Shown here piece by piece: positions 22,362 through 33,439 of a stretch of DNA of 64,000 nt (position 1 is its first letter; every line of letters starts with the position of its first letter). Under the pieces are notes generated by a model. It saw nothing but the letters and a program-made list of their open reading frames with translations, did not search any database and was not told where the DNA came from. This stretch comes from Cyanidioschyzon merolae. Taxonomy: Eukaryota. Where the stretch lies: NCBI GenBank assembly GCA_000091205.1, contig AP006499.2. The stretch is one strand, 5' to 3'. Both the position numbers and the translations under genes were made by a program.

Positions 22362-24030
22362 GCCGAAGTGTAGACTCCTTTTCGGACTCTGCTCGAGGCA
22401 CAATACTCCTAAACGAGGAGGTCACAGATAATCCGCGTGCGAACATTCCCGGCCTCGGCGGCTGCGTCCGATCGGCGAAGAGGAAATCCCTTAAATAGGC
22501 GAAGGTAAATTCCATATTACATGGCGCGTCCAACTTTAGCCCATTTTCCGCCGTAGAAAGACGCAGGATCGAGCCAGGCTCATTCGAATACGCAAATGCA
22601 GCCGGGAACCACAGAAGAGGCCTCGAATGCTCTCCAGATGCTTCAAAGCTCCATGAGCCGAAGCGCAGACTTCCCGTTGGTCGTCCTGGTTCGATCAGTC
22701 TTACGATGCTTGTCCTCTGGGAGACGCACCAACCGTCAATGGTTGTTTCGGCGCTTGAAGCCGCAATGCCATACTCGTCGTGTGGAAACAGAGCGCTTTT
22801 CGTCTTCCTGACGGAAGCCTGCCTGAGACTTGCACCCATCTGTGAAGTCAACGAAGCGACTTCGAGCCGCACCAGTTGAAGTTGCCCGCAGGAGGAAGCG
22901 GAGGATACCACACGCCCAAACGTTTAGCGTTCAGAGGTCCGTAACGAGGCATGAACTCTGGATACACCTTGAGCATATCGCAGCTGCCGGGCACAGTTGC
23001 TGGTGCTGGTTCGGACAAAACGAGCGATGACGCTGGACGCGTGGCTCGCCGTTTACGAGGATCAAAACTGAACATGTGTTGGCGAGGGGCGTTAACCATG
23101 TGCGAACCCGCGTACCCTGATCTTCCGAGACTCGCGATGCCCCAGCTTAGCCAGGCGCACTCCGTCGCCCATGTTCCCGAAATAGTGTCGCATGCGGGCG
23201 TCTCTTTGGTCTCTGAGATCGGAGGAGTCTAATTGCGTGCGAGGATAATCGACAGGGATGTGGCTTCAGATCAAGTGCCAACGAGCGGCAAGCTCCAGTT
23301 AAGAGACGAATCTTCATGAGCGCCGAGCCGACTGCCACGGACATGTAGCACCGCTTTGCAAACAGAGGGATAATCGGGAATGATGCTCTTGTGCACAGAA
23401 TTCTCTATCGTGCAACGATACCGCTAATGGTGTTGCGAATACGACCATGGTCAGTCGCTTCTGCTCTGGAGACCGAAGCTCAGGCCCGCGCTTCGTGCGG
23501 CAAACCCTCGTCTGCCGAACGATACACTGTCCTGAGCTCATTGGAAGTATCGGTGGCGTCGCAGCAGAGCTGGGTAGAATCTCGTGCATGTCGGGCGGGG
23601 AGCGGGCCTCATCAAACGGATCCAGGAAACACCAACAATGGACATGATTGTCCCTATACTCAATCTAGATGGACGCGGATGCATGCGATGACGCGTGATT
23701 CGCAGACATAAACTGGAATGTCATAAGACATAAATATACAAAACTACCAAGAGTCCGAGAGCGCGCTTCTGCGCCCCGTAGCGCTAGACGCAACGTGCGG
23801 CACATATTCGAACGCGGTTGCGCTTTCGGACACGTATCCACCAGGTGTGCCCGAGAGATCCTGCGTACTTCTTTTGTCGCAAACAGAGCGAAGAAGCGTC
23901 TACTGTCACCGAAGGCACGCAGTTGGCGGAACCTGGTGTGCAAGCGTCAGCGTGCTGTCACTCTTGGACCAGAGAAGCAGTGCTGTTGACGAGCGCTGGT
24001 GTTTCGGGGTCACCTGCTCCGGGAGCCGCC

Positions 24031-27000
24031 ATGTCGGCGGCTGTGCACTACAAGTTCCGCTCTGCGAAACACTTTGGTCGGGTGCAGTTTGAGGGGGACT
24101 TTATTCAGCTCGCAGAGCTAAAAGTAGCCATTGTGGAGCAAGAAAAACTGCAGTTTGGCGAGGACTTTGACTTACAAGTAGTTGACGCACAAACCCAGGA
24201 AGAGTACTACGACGAAGAAACCTTGATACCGAAGAACACTTCGGTTATCGTGAAACGAGTGCCTGCTGGCCAGAAGCAGGGCATATTGAGTCAGATCGCA
24301 CTCGCAAGGAAAAATGAGCGCTTCGCTGAGATTCTCGACCGCTCAACCGGCGGCACGGGTGCCACAGCGGGCGCTATTGCTGCAGCTGCACGGCAGGTGC
24401 TTGCTGGCAACCTGGGACCCAGCACAACCGCGAACACAGGCATGACGGGCAGTGAACCTGTCCGGCTCCGTCGAGGTGACGAAGACACGCGCCTTGCCTC
24501 CGTGGCCCTCGCAGCTGGCGCAGGAGACTCGGGCCCGAATCCACGAAACATCCAGCGTCCAGGCGGCCGCGTAACGGCCTCGGGAGCGATGGATGGGCCA
24601 CCGCCGGGTGCGCAGCCACCGCCAGGTTATATCTGTCACCGCTGCGGAGAGCCAGGCCATTATATCCAACACTGCACGGCAAACCTGGAAGGCGATGTGA
24701 ATATCATTCGTGTGAAGCGACCAACTGGCATTCCGCGGAGCATGCTAAAAACGATTGATGCACCTGTAGATGGAGGGACCGAGCTTCAGCTTCCAGGTGG
24801 TAAATTCGTGACCCTAGCCACAGACGATCGTGAGTTCAGCAAAGAACCCCTGGCGGTGCGAATGGCGCGCCTTGCGGAAGCACGAGCGGGGGCACGCGAG
24901 GACAATACCATCGCTTCCGACGTTACGACGATACAAGGATCCGAGACGAAGCAACCAGTGCCCATGGATAAAAAGGAATCGGAAACAACTCGTCGCCAAG
25001 TTGCTGCTTCCGATGCGCCATCGGAGAGCGCGGCGTCATCGCCGCGAGGCTCCACGCCAACAGACTCGGTGGAAAACGCTCAGCTGTTACCAGCAGATAT
25101 ACGCCCCGATTTACCCTACTTCCCGTTACCAGGAATGGATCAGAAGGAACATTTCTTTGGGACAGGCGAACTGCCCACCGCGCGTGAGTTCCAGGAAGTA
25201 ATCTGGGGTATTATTTTGATGAATAGGGATCAGCATCCAGAACTTGGGCATGACATGGAGACGGGAACTCAACGCGATGTGACGCGGGATTCGGCGGCAG
25301 CGCTCCAGCCTGAGCCCAGATCCATGGAAAGCGCTGAAGCGCCGAGCACGACAAATGAGCGTGCTGTATCAGCACAGCCGCGGCCGCGGATGACTGCTTC
25401 TGCAGAAGGAGAAAGCTACCAGGAGCGCCGGCCGCAGGCGCACGAACGAAAGACACCCACGCATGTGCAGGATGTATCCAAGCGTTCTCCAACATCTGAA
25501 GCACAAAACGTACCCGAACGAGGCGACAGAGATCCCGACAAATCAGCGCCTCGAAGTGGAAGCGTCGCCAATGCGCGTCCGATACCCTCCAGCTTCAAAT
25601 CCACAGAGACCGCGAATCATCATCTAGACGCAGAAAGGCCAAGACCAGGGCGTCGATCGTCGGCGCTCCAGGTGACGTCGATGGAACCCTCAGGTGCACC
25701 ATTTGGCGAAATCGAGTACTCGCGTGTGTCGACCAAGAATCAGCGCTTGCTACCGCCGGATCGGAAGGCTACTGAAAGCGCTCAAGCAACAGCCCCGAAC
25801 TACGGAAATTCATTGCCGAGGAAACAAGCTGCCTTTGCCCGCAGTGGAAAGATGACTGGGAATACCACGAGACCGGGGCTGCCTCTTGCGCCGCTCCAAA
25901 CGCAGCAGCAGCAGCAGCACCAGCAGCAGCAGCAGCACCAGCAGCGACAGACGCATGTGCAACGCTTTCAGGCTGCAAACCAACACGGCAACGAGGCAGC
26001 GAGCGTGGATAAACAGCACCCCTTGGACAGAGGTCAGCATGCCATGCAGAGAACGGAGCCTGCGCGAGAACGTCGACAACCTACTGTTGCAGCCGCCGAC
26101 AGGAATGCGGTATCGCGAGGCGTTCCGACTTCGAGGGCGACCTCTTCTGGTGTCACAGCAACGGGCTCTACCGCGCCCGTTCGTACCAAAATGCCGCCAC
26201 GAATGCCGCATCAGAGACCAGATGAGGATACGCTGGGTCACAGGCATCATGCAGCGTCGGACACGGAGCAAAAACCTGCCCAGTTGAACGCAAACCTCTC
26301 TCAGCCGCAACCGCTGAGCGTGTCGCGTGCTCGAGAGCGATCAGGTCTGGGAAAAAGCGCTCGGCACTCGCCGGCACCCGTGGCACCTGCTCTGCATGGA
26401 ACAACCCGAAAGCACCCGCGGGCTAGCGACTCGTCACCAGGAACCGAGACGCGCGACTCAAGACCGATTCCAGTTTTTGCTCGTCTGGGCACGAGAGCAG
26501 AAGCTGCAGCGTCTACGCGCGCCCCAGCCTCTGTGCCCCAGCGGAGCACTACCGGGAGCATCGGGTCCGCGGAACGGAGGACGGTGCCGCCAGCGCATCC
26601 GCCTCCTGCAGACGCGTCGCAGCTCAAAGGCAAAAACTCCTCCCCGATGAATCAACAAGGCGAATATCTACACCGAGCGAGTGTACGCGCACCACCAAAG
26701 GTTCCGGAAAAGCGTCCGGCAGCGACAGCAGCTGTTGGCGACGACAAGCGCTCCCGGAACACGCCGAGCTCAGCCGAGCGGGCCGCCGCTAACGTCTTTG
26801 AACGATTAGGACCAGCGATACCGGTGCCTCCTCGTCTTGCTGGGCGTATTTCGAGCGGAAAAGTCAGCGACGGTGAACGCGGAGCGAACGCCTCTACCGG
26901 TGCATCTGGTGTGGTCGCCAACGACGCCTCGAAAACGAAAACGAACCTACGGGCAGTGCACGCGAAGCAGAGCGTCCCTATGACACAGCAAAAAACACCC

Positions 27001-27072
27001 GTGCCGACATATTCCTCGAGTGAAACAGGTTCAAGTCGTGCCCGGAACAGGGCTGCAAACTTGCCGTGGTAA
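24031..27072 (+). CDS. RBBP6/Mpe1-like protein: DWNN ubiquitin-like domain plus CCHC zinc knuckle, no RING detected, long disordered tail with polyQ
   Basis: MSAAVHYKFRSAKHFGRVQFEGDFIQLAELKVAIVEQEKL...LIPKNTSVIVKRVP (DWNN). YICHRCGEPGHYIQHC (CCHC). RVKRPTGIPRSMLKTIDAP matches the RBBP6 linker. ATG at 24031; track ORF starts 23818. (CAG)n at 25903-25946 encodes QQQQQHQQQQQHQQ. Confidence 0.8.
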   Translation: MSAAVHYKFRSAKHFGRVQFEGDFIQLAELKVAIVEQEKLQFGEDFDLQVVDAQTQEEYYDEETLIPKNTSVIVKRVPAGQKQGILSQIALARKNERFAEILDRSTGGTGATAGAIAAAARQVLAGNLGPSTTANTGMTGSEPVRLRRGDEDTRLASVALAAGAGDSGPNPRNIQRPGGRVTASGAMDGPPPGAQPPPGYICHRCGEPGHYIQHCTANLEGDVNIIRVKRPTGIPRSMLKTIDAPVDGGTELQLPGGKFVTLATDDREFSKEPLAVRMARLAEARAGAREDNTIASDVTTIQGSETKQPVPMDKKESETTRRQVAASDAPSESAASSPRGSTPTDSVENAQLLPADIRPDLPYFPLPGMDQKEHFFGTGELPTAREFQEVIWGIILMNRDQHPELGHDMETGTQRDVTRDSAAALQPEPRSMESAEAPSTTNERAVSAQPRPRMTASAEGESYQERRPQAHERKTPTHVQDVSKRSPTSEAQNVPERGDRDPDKSAPRSGSVANARPIPSSFKSTETANHHLDAERPRPGRRSSALQVTSMEPSGAPFGEIEYSRVSTKNQRLLPPDRKATESAQATAPNYGNSLPRKQAAFARSGKMTGNTTRPGLPLAPLQTQQQQQHQQQQQHQQRQTHVQRFQAANQHGNEAASVDKQHPLDRGQHAMQRTEPARERRQPTVAAADRNAVSRGVPTSRATSSGVTATGSTAPVRTKMPPRMPHQRPDEDTLGHRHHAASDTEQKPAQLNANLSQPQPLSVSRARERSGLGKSARHSPAPVAPALHGTTRKHPRASDSSPGTETRDSRPIPVFARLGTRAEAAASTRAPASVPQRSTTGSIGSAERRTVPPAHPPPADASQLKGKNSSPMNQQGEYLHRASVRAPPKVPEKRPAATAAVGDDKRSRNTPSSAERAAANVFERLGPAIPVPPRLAGRISSGKVSDGERGANASTGASGVVANDASKTKTNLRAVHAKQSVPMTQQKTPVPTYSSSETGSSRARNRAANLPW

Positions 27073-27077
27073 ACACA

Positions 27078-28310
27078 GCAACTGAATATGTTGGCGATGG
27101 TGTACCAGGAAGCGAAAACGTATCGCGAACATGGGGTAAATGAATATCCACCCGGAGACATGTGCCTGCCTTTTTCGACCGGGCTCCTGCTGTCGGCTTT
27201 CGTTTTCTCCTTGCACACTTCGAACATCAGAGGCGGTGCGACGAAGTTAGGTTTCGTCAGCTCTGCGTGTCTCGTCTTGAGCGCTGCACATCTCCTGATA
27301 TTGATAGCAGCGTTGAAGTCTCGGTTCGCAGACTCCATGCGTGCAGTGCCTCTGGAGCTACTCACTCATGCAAGGAATGGTACAACTCGCGCCCTGTGTG
27401 CCACTACAGTCTCGTGATCGTCTCGTCGATGAAACACCTTTGCTCTCCGATTTCCCCTCATCTTCATCGTCAGTTGCTCTTCTTCGCTCGACGGTCGCAC
27501 AGAAGAGGATGTTTTCCGGTTTTATCGGATAGCCAGCGATGTCGGTCCTTCAGAATCCCCGAATTCCATGCTCATACCTTTCCCTTCTATTTTTATTTCT
27601 TCAAAAAAACACAGTTGTTTATGCCCTCAGATGAGGACCCTCCCGGAAGGAGACGGTCTTGCAGAAGAACGACGAAATGTGCCCTGGTATCACCGTGTGG
27701 TGAACGCTTCAGCGCTTGGCGCAGTGGCGCAATCACTAGGTTTCGTCATAGAAACGCCTGCTCTTCATAGGACTGAACCACCGAATGTACGGAGGAATAA
27801 AAAGCCGCTCTACCCTGACAGAATCAGCGATAGATCGAACGCAAGTGGAATGGAGAAATACCACAATATCCAACGGAAAGACGTCGTCAGACCTCAGGGA
27901 AAAGTCTTCAATTGTTCGATAAAATGGTTCGTGCTGTTGTATGAGCCTTCTCTACGAGCGAAACTGAGGTCGCCGAATGGTTCCACTCCCGCACGAACAG
28001 GTGGTGTCCTTGTTATCTACGAATTCGTTCGTTGAGAATATCAGTTTTTGGCGCTGATCGCATACGCTTCTTTCTTTCAGTATTCCTCAACTACCTGAGT
28101 TCGTATGGTATGGCTGACGTAAATGATGCATGCAGTCCTCCTTGCACTATTCAGTAAAAATATATCTCTGATAGACGATTCAATTACGATCCACACAGTA
28201 CATTGCATCGTGAGTCCGATCTCCTGCTCTGCACTGCGAAAAAAGCATTCGTTGACACGCAGGAACGTCGGAACGGAATTGACTTGAACAAATTCGCAGC
28301 TGAACATCAG
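27078..28310 (-). mobile_element. TnpB/Fanzor-like relic, family A copy A2
   Basis: ARMESANRDFNAAINIRRCAAL (RuvC-III motif near 27320). Collinear DNA homology to A1 from the 3' tail (27080-27320) through VRSIADSVR and AGVEPFG blocks to about 28310, with a roughly 325-bp indel relative to A1. No intact ORF. The 3' end lies within about 10 bp of the RBBP6-like stop codon (27070-27072). Confidence 0.55.
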
Positions 28311-28761
28311 CACCGATGCGCTGAGGTGAAGTGCCGCACAATGCAAAGTCGAGTGTCAGCGCTTGGCAGACGCAGTACTAGCTGCCGCAACGACCACAGG
28401 TTCTCGAGTTCGTGTCTGTGTGTCTGTGTGTGTGTGTCGGTAACCGTGACGTTCGAAACCTTCCGGAACACGCTCGCCGCAACGTGTTTCGAGTTCGTCG
28501 TCCCGTACTGACGTTTTCTGACGACAGAGTAGCGAGCTGGCGTTGACGTTTTGTTCGTGCCGTTTGGAAAGCGGCACCGGAAGCCGAGCCTTCCCCACGA
28601 CGCCCAGTTCCGCTGCGTGTTGTTGCGGTTCCGCGTAGCAGCTCGTTGAACGAGAAAACTGGGGTAGGGGCGCGTCAACGAGCACAGAGGTGGGTCAGGT
28701 TTCGCTTGTGAATAGCCGCACGCAGCCTGCACAACGTCTGCAGGTCGAGTGAACCGTCATT

Positions 28762-29646
28762 ATGGCTCATGAACCGTTAGAACCTACTGTAATCCAAGAG
28801 GATCATACAGTGAGCGTTCCTGTCGCGGAACAAGTGACACTGCGAGTTTTACCAGAGTGGGAGCAGATCTTTCCACCACCGACACTACGCTCTGCGAAAG
28901 AGAGCGACGCGCTCTCCGCCCTGGCTTCGATTCGTCTCTGTGTCTCCTTGGATAGCACTATCTCCGACCTTGAGGAGCAAGTCAGGCGCGCATATCTCCC
29001 CCGCTGCTGTGCGTGCCTGTCGCTTCCTGAAGAGCGCATCCATGAGGCCCTCGAGAGCGCACACATCCGCTATACCGCATCTGTATTAGATCCGCAGTGT
29101 ACACTCCGAGCGCTCCGTTTGGCATCTGGGACCACGCTACGGTGGTTACGAATCCATGACCCGGAATCGCCAGAGGCATCCGCGGCAGCGGTGCAGTTGC
29201 AGACAAGCGCTCCGCAGCAGCGGCGACGAAGAACAACCGTTCAGCGCTTGGAGCCGAATACTGGCTTGACCAGCGGCGGCGCTCGTGTTCTCGTATTTGG
29301 AGAGCACTTTCCCCCGGTAGCCAGAGTTCGTTTTGGACGGGTGGTGGTGAGCGCAAACCGCATCTCTGCGCAGTGCCTATCGTGTATAGCCCCAGCACAT
29401 GAGCCGGGTGTAGTTTGCGTCGAGGTAAGTACCAGGGCGACGACTGCTTCGGAGCAGGATGCGTGGACGCATGATCGCGTCACCTATACTTATGTGGGAT
29501 ACGAACGTCTGTCCATGATCCTTGCGGTGCATGCCGCGGAACGAAGAGCCGCTACCGCCCTCACTGAGACCCAGTCGCCGTGCAGAAGCTCGAGCGAACC
29601 CCTCTCCTGGCTGCGTCGCGACCCCGACGATGAAGACCGTCGTTGA
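28762..29646 (+). CDS. hypothetical protein with IPT/TIG-like domain
   Basis: LEPNTGLTSGGARVLVFGEHFPPVARVRFGRVVVSANRISAQCLSCIAPAHEPGVVCVEVS fits the IPT/TIG pattern. Clean ATG start. Confidence 0.45.
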   Translation: MAHEPLEPTVIQEDHTVSVPVAEQVTLRVLPEWEQIFPPPTLRSAKESDALSALASIRLCVSLDSTISDLEEQVRRAYLPRCCACLSLPEERIHEALESAHIRYTASVLDPQCTLRALRLASGTTLRWLRIHDPESPEASAAAVQLQTSAPQQRRRRTTVQRLEPNTGLTSGGARVLVFGEHFPPVARVRFGRVVVSANRISAQCLSCIAPAHEPGVVCVEVSTRATTASEQDAWTHDRVTYTYVGYERLSMILAVHAAERRAATALTETQSPCRSSSEPLSWLRRDPDDEDRR

Positions 29647-31497
29647 GCTACCCGGAACTGTGCATTTTCTCTCCACATGAGTCTCGGATGTGTACACGTC
29701 TCACCGGTAATGAGATCTAGATCTCCAGGTCCGAGCGCAAATACTAGCCGCATCCAAGCGAAGTAGTCGACGCGTAATGTTTACGAAAGGCGCATGCATT
29801 CATTCGTTCGCTAACGCATGGGCCGGTCGAGTCGCTATAGATCTGGGAGGCTTGCGTTTTCTCTGCAAATATCCAGAAATTCCATGATACCTGTGTTACC
29901 CGCGCGGGCATCTCCTGTGGTAGCGGTACGTGCTTGGCCGTATCGCGCCGCAGACAAGTTGCACAATCGAAAGCAGACTCAGGCAAACTGATCCAAACGA
30001 CACGAGGATCATCGACAGGGTAGTGCCGGGCGTTGGCCGCATCCCTGTTACGGAAATCGGTACCTGGTTCTGCCCAGTATCGAGTGCTGGACAGGTGCGT
30101 CTGGTAGACACGGACGTTTCTCTCGACAAAGCGCTGCAATCATACATCGGCAGTGATGTCGAAAGCGTAAACCACGCACACCACCGTCTGGCGCGGTGGT
30201 ATGGCGAAATCACGTTCAATGACAGAGACGTTACTGCGGGTGCTTCGTGCGTTGAACGCTCTCCGGGCATGTTTCTCGAGACAGCAAACAAGTCGATGTC
30301 GTATGCACGGGGCGCAGTGCTGGAGCTGCTGGTGCCAGCACCTGAACGGAACACACAAACGATTCGTTTCCATTTTGCACTGGGCAGACGCTGGGCTGCA
30401 GGTGCCATAAAAGTGACTGTGCAGTAATGGCAAGCACGCGTCCCGACTGCAGGGTGTGTGCTGTGCATGGGACACGGCCTTGTTCCATGTTCCCGGATGA
30501 ACAATTTAAAACCAGTTCCGATTCGTGTCTCTTGTGGTGTCCCGAAGCCGGAGATGCGACTCCGCCGAACATACGTCACCCACGGAAATTTTGCAGTGAG
30601 AATGCTCCTATGCTACGCAGTCGCTGCACTGTGGCCGCTGCAACGCTTCAACCAAGTGATGCCGCATACCGGCACCCTGAACACTTCCAGAAGCTTGAAC
30701 CTGATGCATATCTGTCCAGGTGGATGCGGATGTACGTTGCCTGGTCCATTACCTGGCACCCTCGACAACGTGTTCGCCCTGAGCCGCTCCATTTCGCATC
30801 CATAGTAGCTGGTAGTGCGCTTAGGCACCCATGAATATGTTCCCTGAAGACAGCGCGGTGCGGGAAAGCACACGTGCCTACCATACGGGCGTCTGTTTTG
30901 ATCAGCCATACCTTAGAGGTAAACAGGAAGCCACTTGGTGTTCAGTGCTGGTGCTCACGGTGAGCGGCACCCGTGCTCTTTTTTCATCATGCATGCCCCA
31001 GGGATTCTAGTTGTACGAGGCCACCTCACACGTGGGGTGTCTGTTTCGTGGCGAAATGGTGTTTACCTTGACCGTGTATATGGTAGCGTATGGTTCTGCG
31101 GTTGCCGCCGGCGATGCCCAACGTCAAAAACGCTTGCAGCAGCAGAGAACGGTTTTTTCGCGACTTGCTCCCAGGACCAAAGGCACTCGAAGACGTACCG
31201 TAGACGGCAGCGATGATCACGCGAAACCACGGCATCAGGAAGCGTAGGTGTAGGGTTGCCAGTGTCCGGGCGAGCGCTTTGGACTTGAAACCTGCATCTG
31301 CTCATGAACGTAACCGTTCGCTATGAAACAATGCAACAGGATTCCTCGGCAAATTCCAAGTCGGACTGGTGGCATAGCACACGTTCTTGGAGCGAGAAGC
31401 GTGTCCTCGGAACAATGCTGCTGTTGTTGTTGATGATGATACGCTTGCAAACCTCGTTGCAGACCTGGACGATTTGCTTGCGCTACTAACGAGCTCT

Positions 31498-32919
31498 TTA
31501 CGAATCCTTTTGTAGACGCTGCTTGGCGGCGCTGGCATGCGCGTCCAACCGCTCTGCAGCGGCAATTTTCTCAGCAGCTGCGGCGACTTCCCGCGCTGTC
31601 GACTTGTCCAAAGCAATAACGCTGGTGATTTTCACAAAATCCCATACGTTGATGGGGCTCGCATAACGGGCACTACCACCGGTCGGCATCACATGACTCG
31701 GGCCGGCCACATAGTCGCCGAGAACCTCACCAGAACTCTCTCCGACAAAAATGCCACCGGCGTGATGGATCCGAGAGACCAGGTCCCACGGCTGGTTGAC
31801 ACTCAAGGAGACGTGTTCTGCAGCAAAGTCGCTGCAGAGCTTCGCACATGCTTCGAGATCATCGCACACGACGAGTCCGCCCTGGCGTTGAATCGCGTGC
31901 TGGGCACGCTGCCTTGCAGCAGCCGTCGGTAACGAAGCAAGTTGTCGATGGAGCGCTTCGCGAACCTTTTCAGCAAACGTCCGCGTTGGCGTCAAGAGGA
32001 TTGGTATCGCTGCTTCATCGTGCTCCGCTTGAGCGAGCAGATCCGCAGCAACCAGCTCAGCGTTGGCGAAGGCATCTGCAACGACAATTGCCTCGGTTGG
32101 TCCATAGATTCCATCGATGTCACAGATCCCGTACACCTCTCGTTTCGCCAAAGTGACGTACAGGTTGCCAGGTCCAACGATTTTGTCGACACGGGGTAAA
32201 GTCTGTGTGCCATACGCCATAGCCCCGATAGCTTGTGCGCCGCCCAGACGAAAGACCTGGAACGAAAGCGCCTCATCACGCTTCGTGAGAGCATGACGAT
32301 GACGCTCCTCGAGCATTTGCTTGCAGAGGGCGCACGCAGCGAGCGTTACGGGGCTAATGTCATTGCTTTCGCGGGAAGGCGGCGAGGTCACCACGAAACG
32401 TCGACACCCCGCCACAATGGCGGGAATCATCGTCATCAGCGCTGTGCTAGGGAGCGCTGCGTTACCTCCGGGAACGTAGAAACCAACAGCTTGAAGAGGT
32501 CGCACCAGCTGCCCTACTTGGCCCCCGAGTTTCGTCGTAAACCAGGAGTTGACGGGCTGCTCTTCATGGAACGCTGCGATACGTCGTGCTGCAATGTGCA
32601 ACGCCTCATATAGGGACGGTTCGGTCTTTTCCAAACTGCATAGGGCGTGATCCAGCTCCGCCGCAGGTACCTCAAGCGCTTTGGGTGAGTCCACGACAAC
32701 TCCGTCTAGCCGCGCGGTCCAGTCCAGGAGTGCGATGTCACCTTGCGTGCGTACGGATTCTAGGATTCGCTGCACTGCCTCCCGGGGGGAAAGTGCCTCA
32801 CCGAAGATTTTCAGGATTCTTTCCTGTTGCAGTGCGCTTACTTGATTGAGATCGAGCGGCTTCCGTTGAAGAATGGAGCCAAGAGCCTCCTCCGCAGTAT
32901 AGATAGGCACGGGAACCAT
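31498..32919 (-). CDS. hisD: histidinol dehydrogenase
   Basis: 473 aa. GNAALPSTALMT; SPP...; CDIDGIYGPTEAIVVADAFANAELVAADLLAQAEHD; GDYVAGPSHVMPTGGSARYASP. No N-terminal extension. ATG 32917-32919. Confidence 0.9.
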   Translation of the reverse strand: MVPVPIYTAEEALGSILQRKPLDLNQVSALQQERILKIFGEALSPREAVQRILESVRTQGDIALLDWTARLDGVVVDSPKALEVPAAELDHALCSLEKTEPSLYEALHIAARRIAAFHEEQPVNSWFTTKLGGQVGQLVRPLQAVGFYVPGGNAALPSTALMTMIPAIVAGCRRFVVTSPPSRESNDISPVTLAACALCKQMLEERHRHALTKRDEALSFQVFRLGGAQAIGAMAYGTQTLPRVDKIVGPGNLYVTLAKREVYGICDIDGIYGPTEAIVVADAFANAELVAADLLAQAEHDEAAIPILLTPTRTFAEKVREALHRQLASLPTAAARQRAQHAIQRQGGLVVCDDLEACAKLCSDFAAEHVSLSVNQPWDLVSRIHHAGGIFVGESSGEVLGDYVAGPSHVMPTGGSARYASPINVWDFVKITSVIALDKSTAREVAAAAEKIAAAERLDAHASAAKQRLQKDS

Positions 32920-33439
32920 TTCCGGTGCAGGTTCCCAGACCTAACCGCCGACGCCCAGTGCTGCGTTTTCCCCCGCTAGTCAAAACCTAAGGTTTGCAGG
33001 CGTGTCTGCGAGTTTTTTGTCGAACTTCACCCCGCACCCGCGAGACTTGAACACAGAACAGGACGAGTGACTCTGGCGGTGGCGAGTAGTGCCTCGTGCT
33101 GCACTCGTGCTCACGCGCTCCGGGTTTCCAGGCAGGCGCGTATCCAGGCCCTACGGCGGTTAATGCTGGAAGCGCACGCTCCACGGGCGTTGTGCGCTCA
33201 CGCTTTGTCGGGTGAACGAGCAGCGCAGTACTCGTCCCTGGTTCGCAACGCTATGTGTCTACCGCTGTCACCTACACGGTTTTTAGTGATGTAGAACTGA
33301 CAGGTAGAAACCGAGGCCCTTGGATACGCGATTGCTGTGTATCGGGAGAACAACAGCTCCACATTGATTGCGCTGCACACCGAACAGCGCCGCCGATTTT
33401 TTTCATTGACAAAACGTGTACTTGTGCCAGCGTTCTCCG

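Noticed and set aside
26652-27365. 237-aa minus ORF starting at the RDFNAAINI motif and running antisense through the RBBP6-like gene. Likewise 4759..5787(-) running past A1.
   Set aside because: Only the first roughly 35 codons are element-derived. The rest is GC-driven read-through antisense to a real gene (or into the family C island) with no conservation between copies at the protein level.
29896-30579. Overlapping ORFs 29930..30427(+) and 29896..30579(-) as a gene
   Set aside because: No recognisable domain in either. Mutually antisense, so at most one is real. Insufficient evidence to call.
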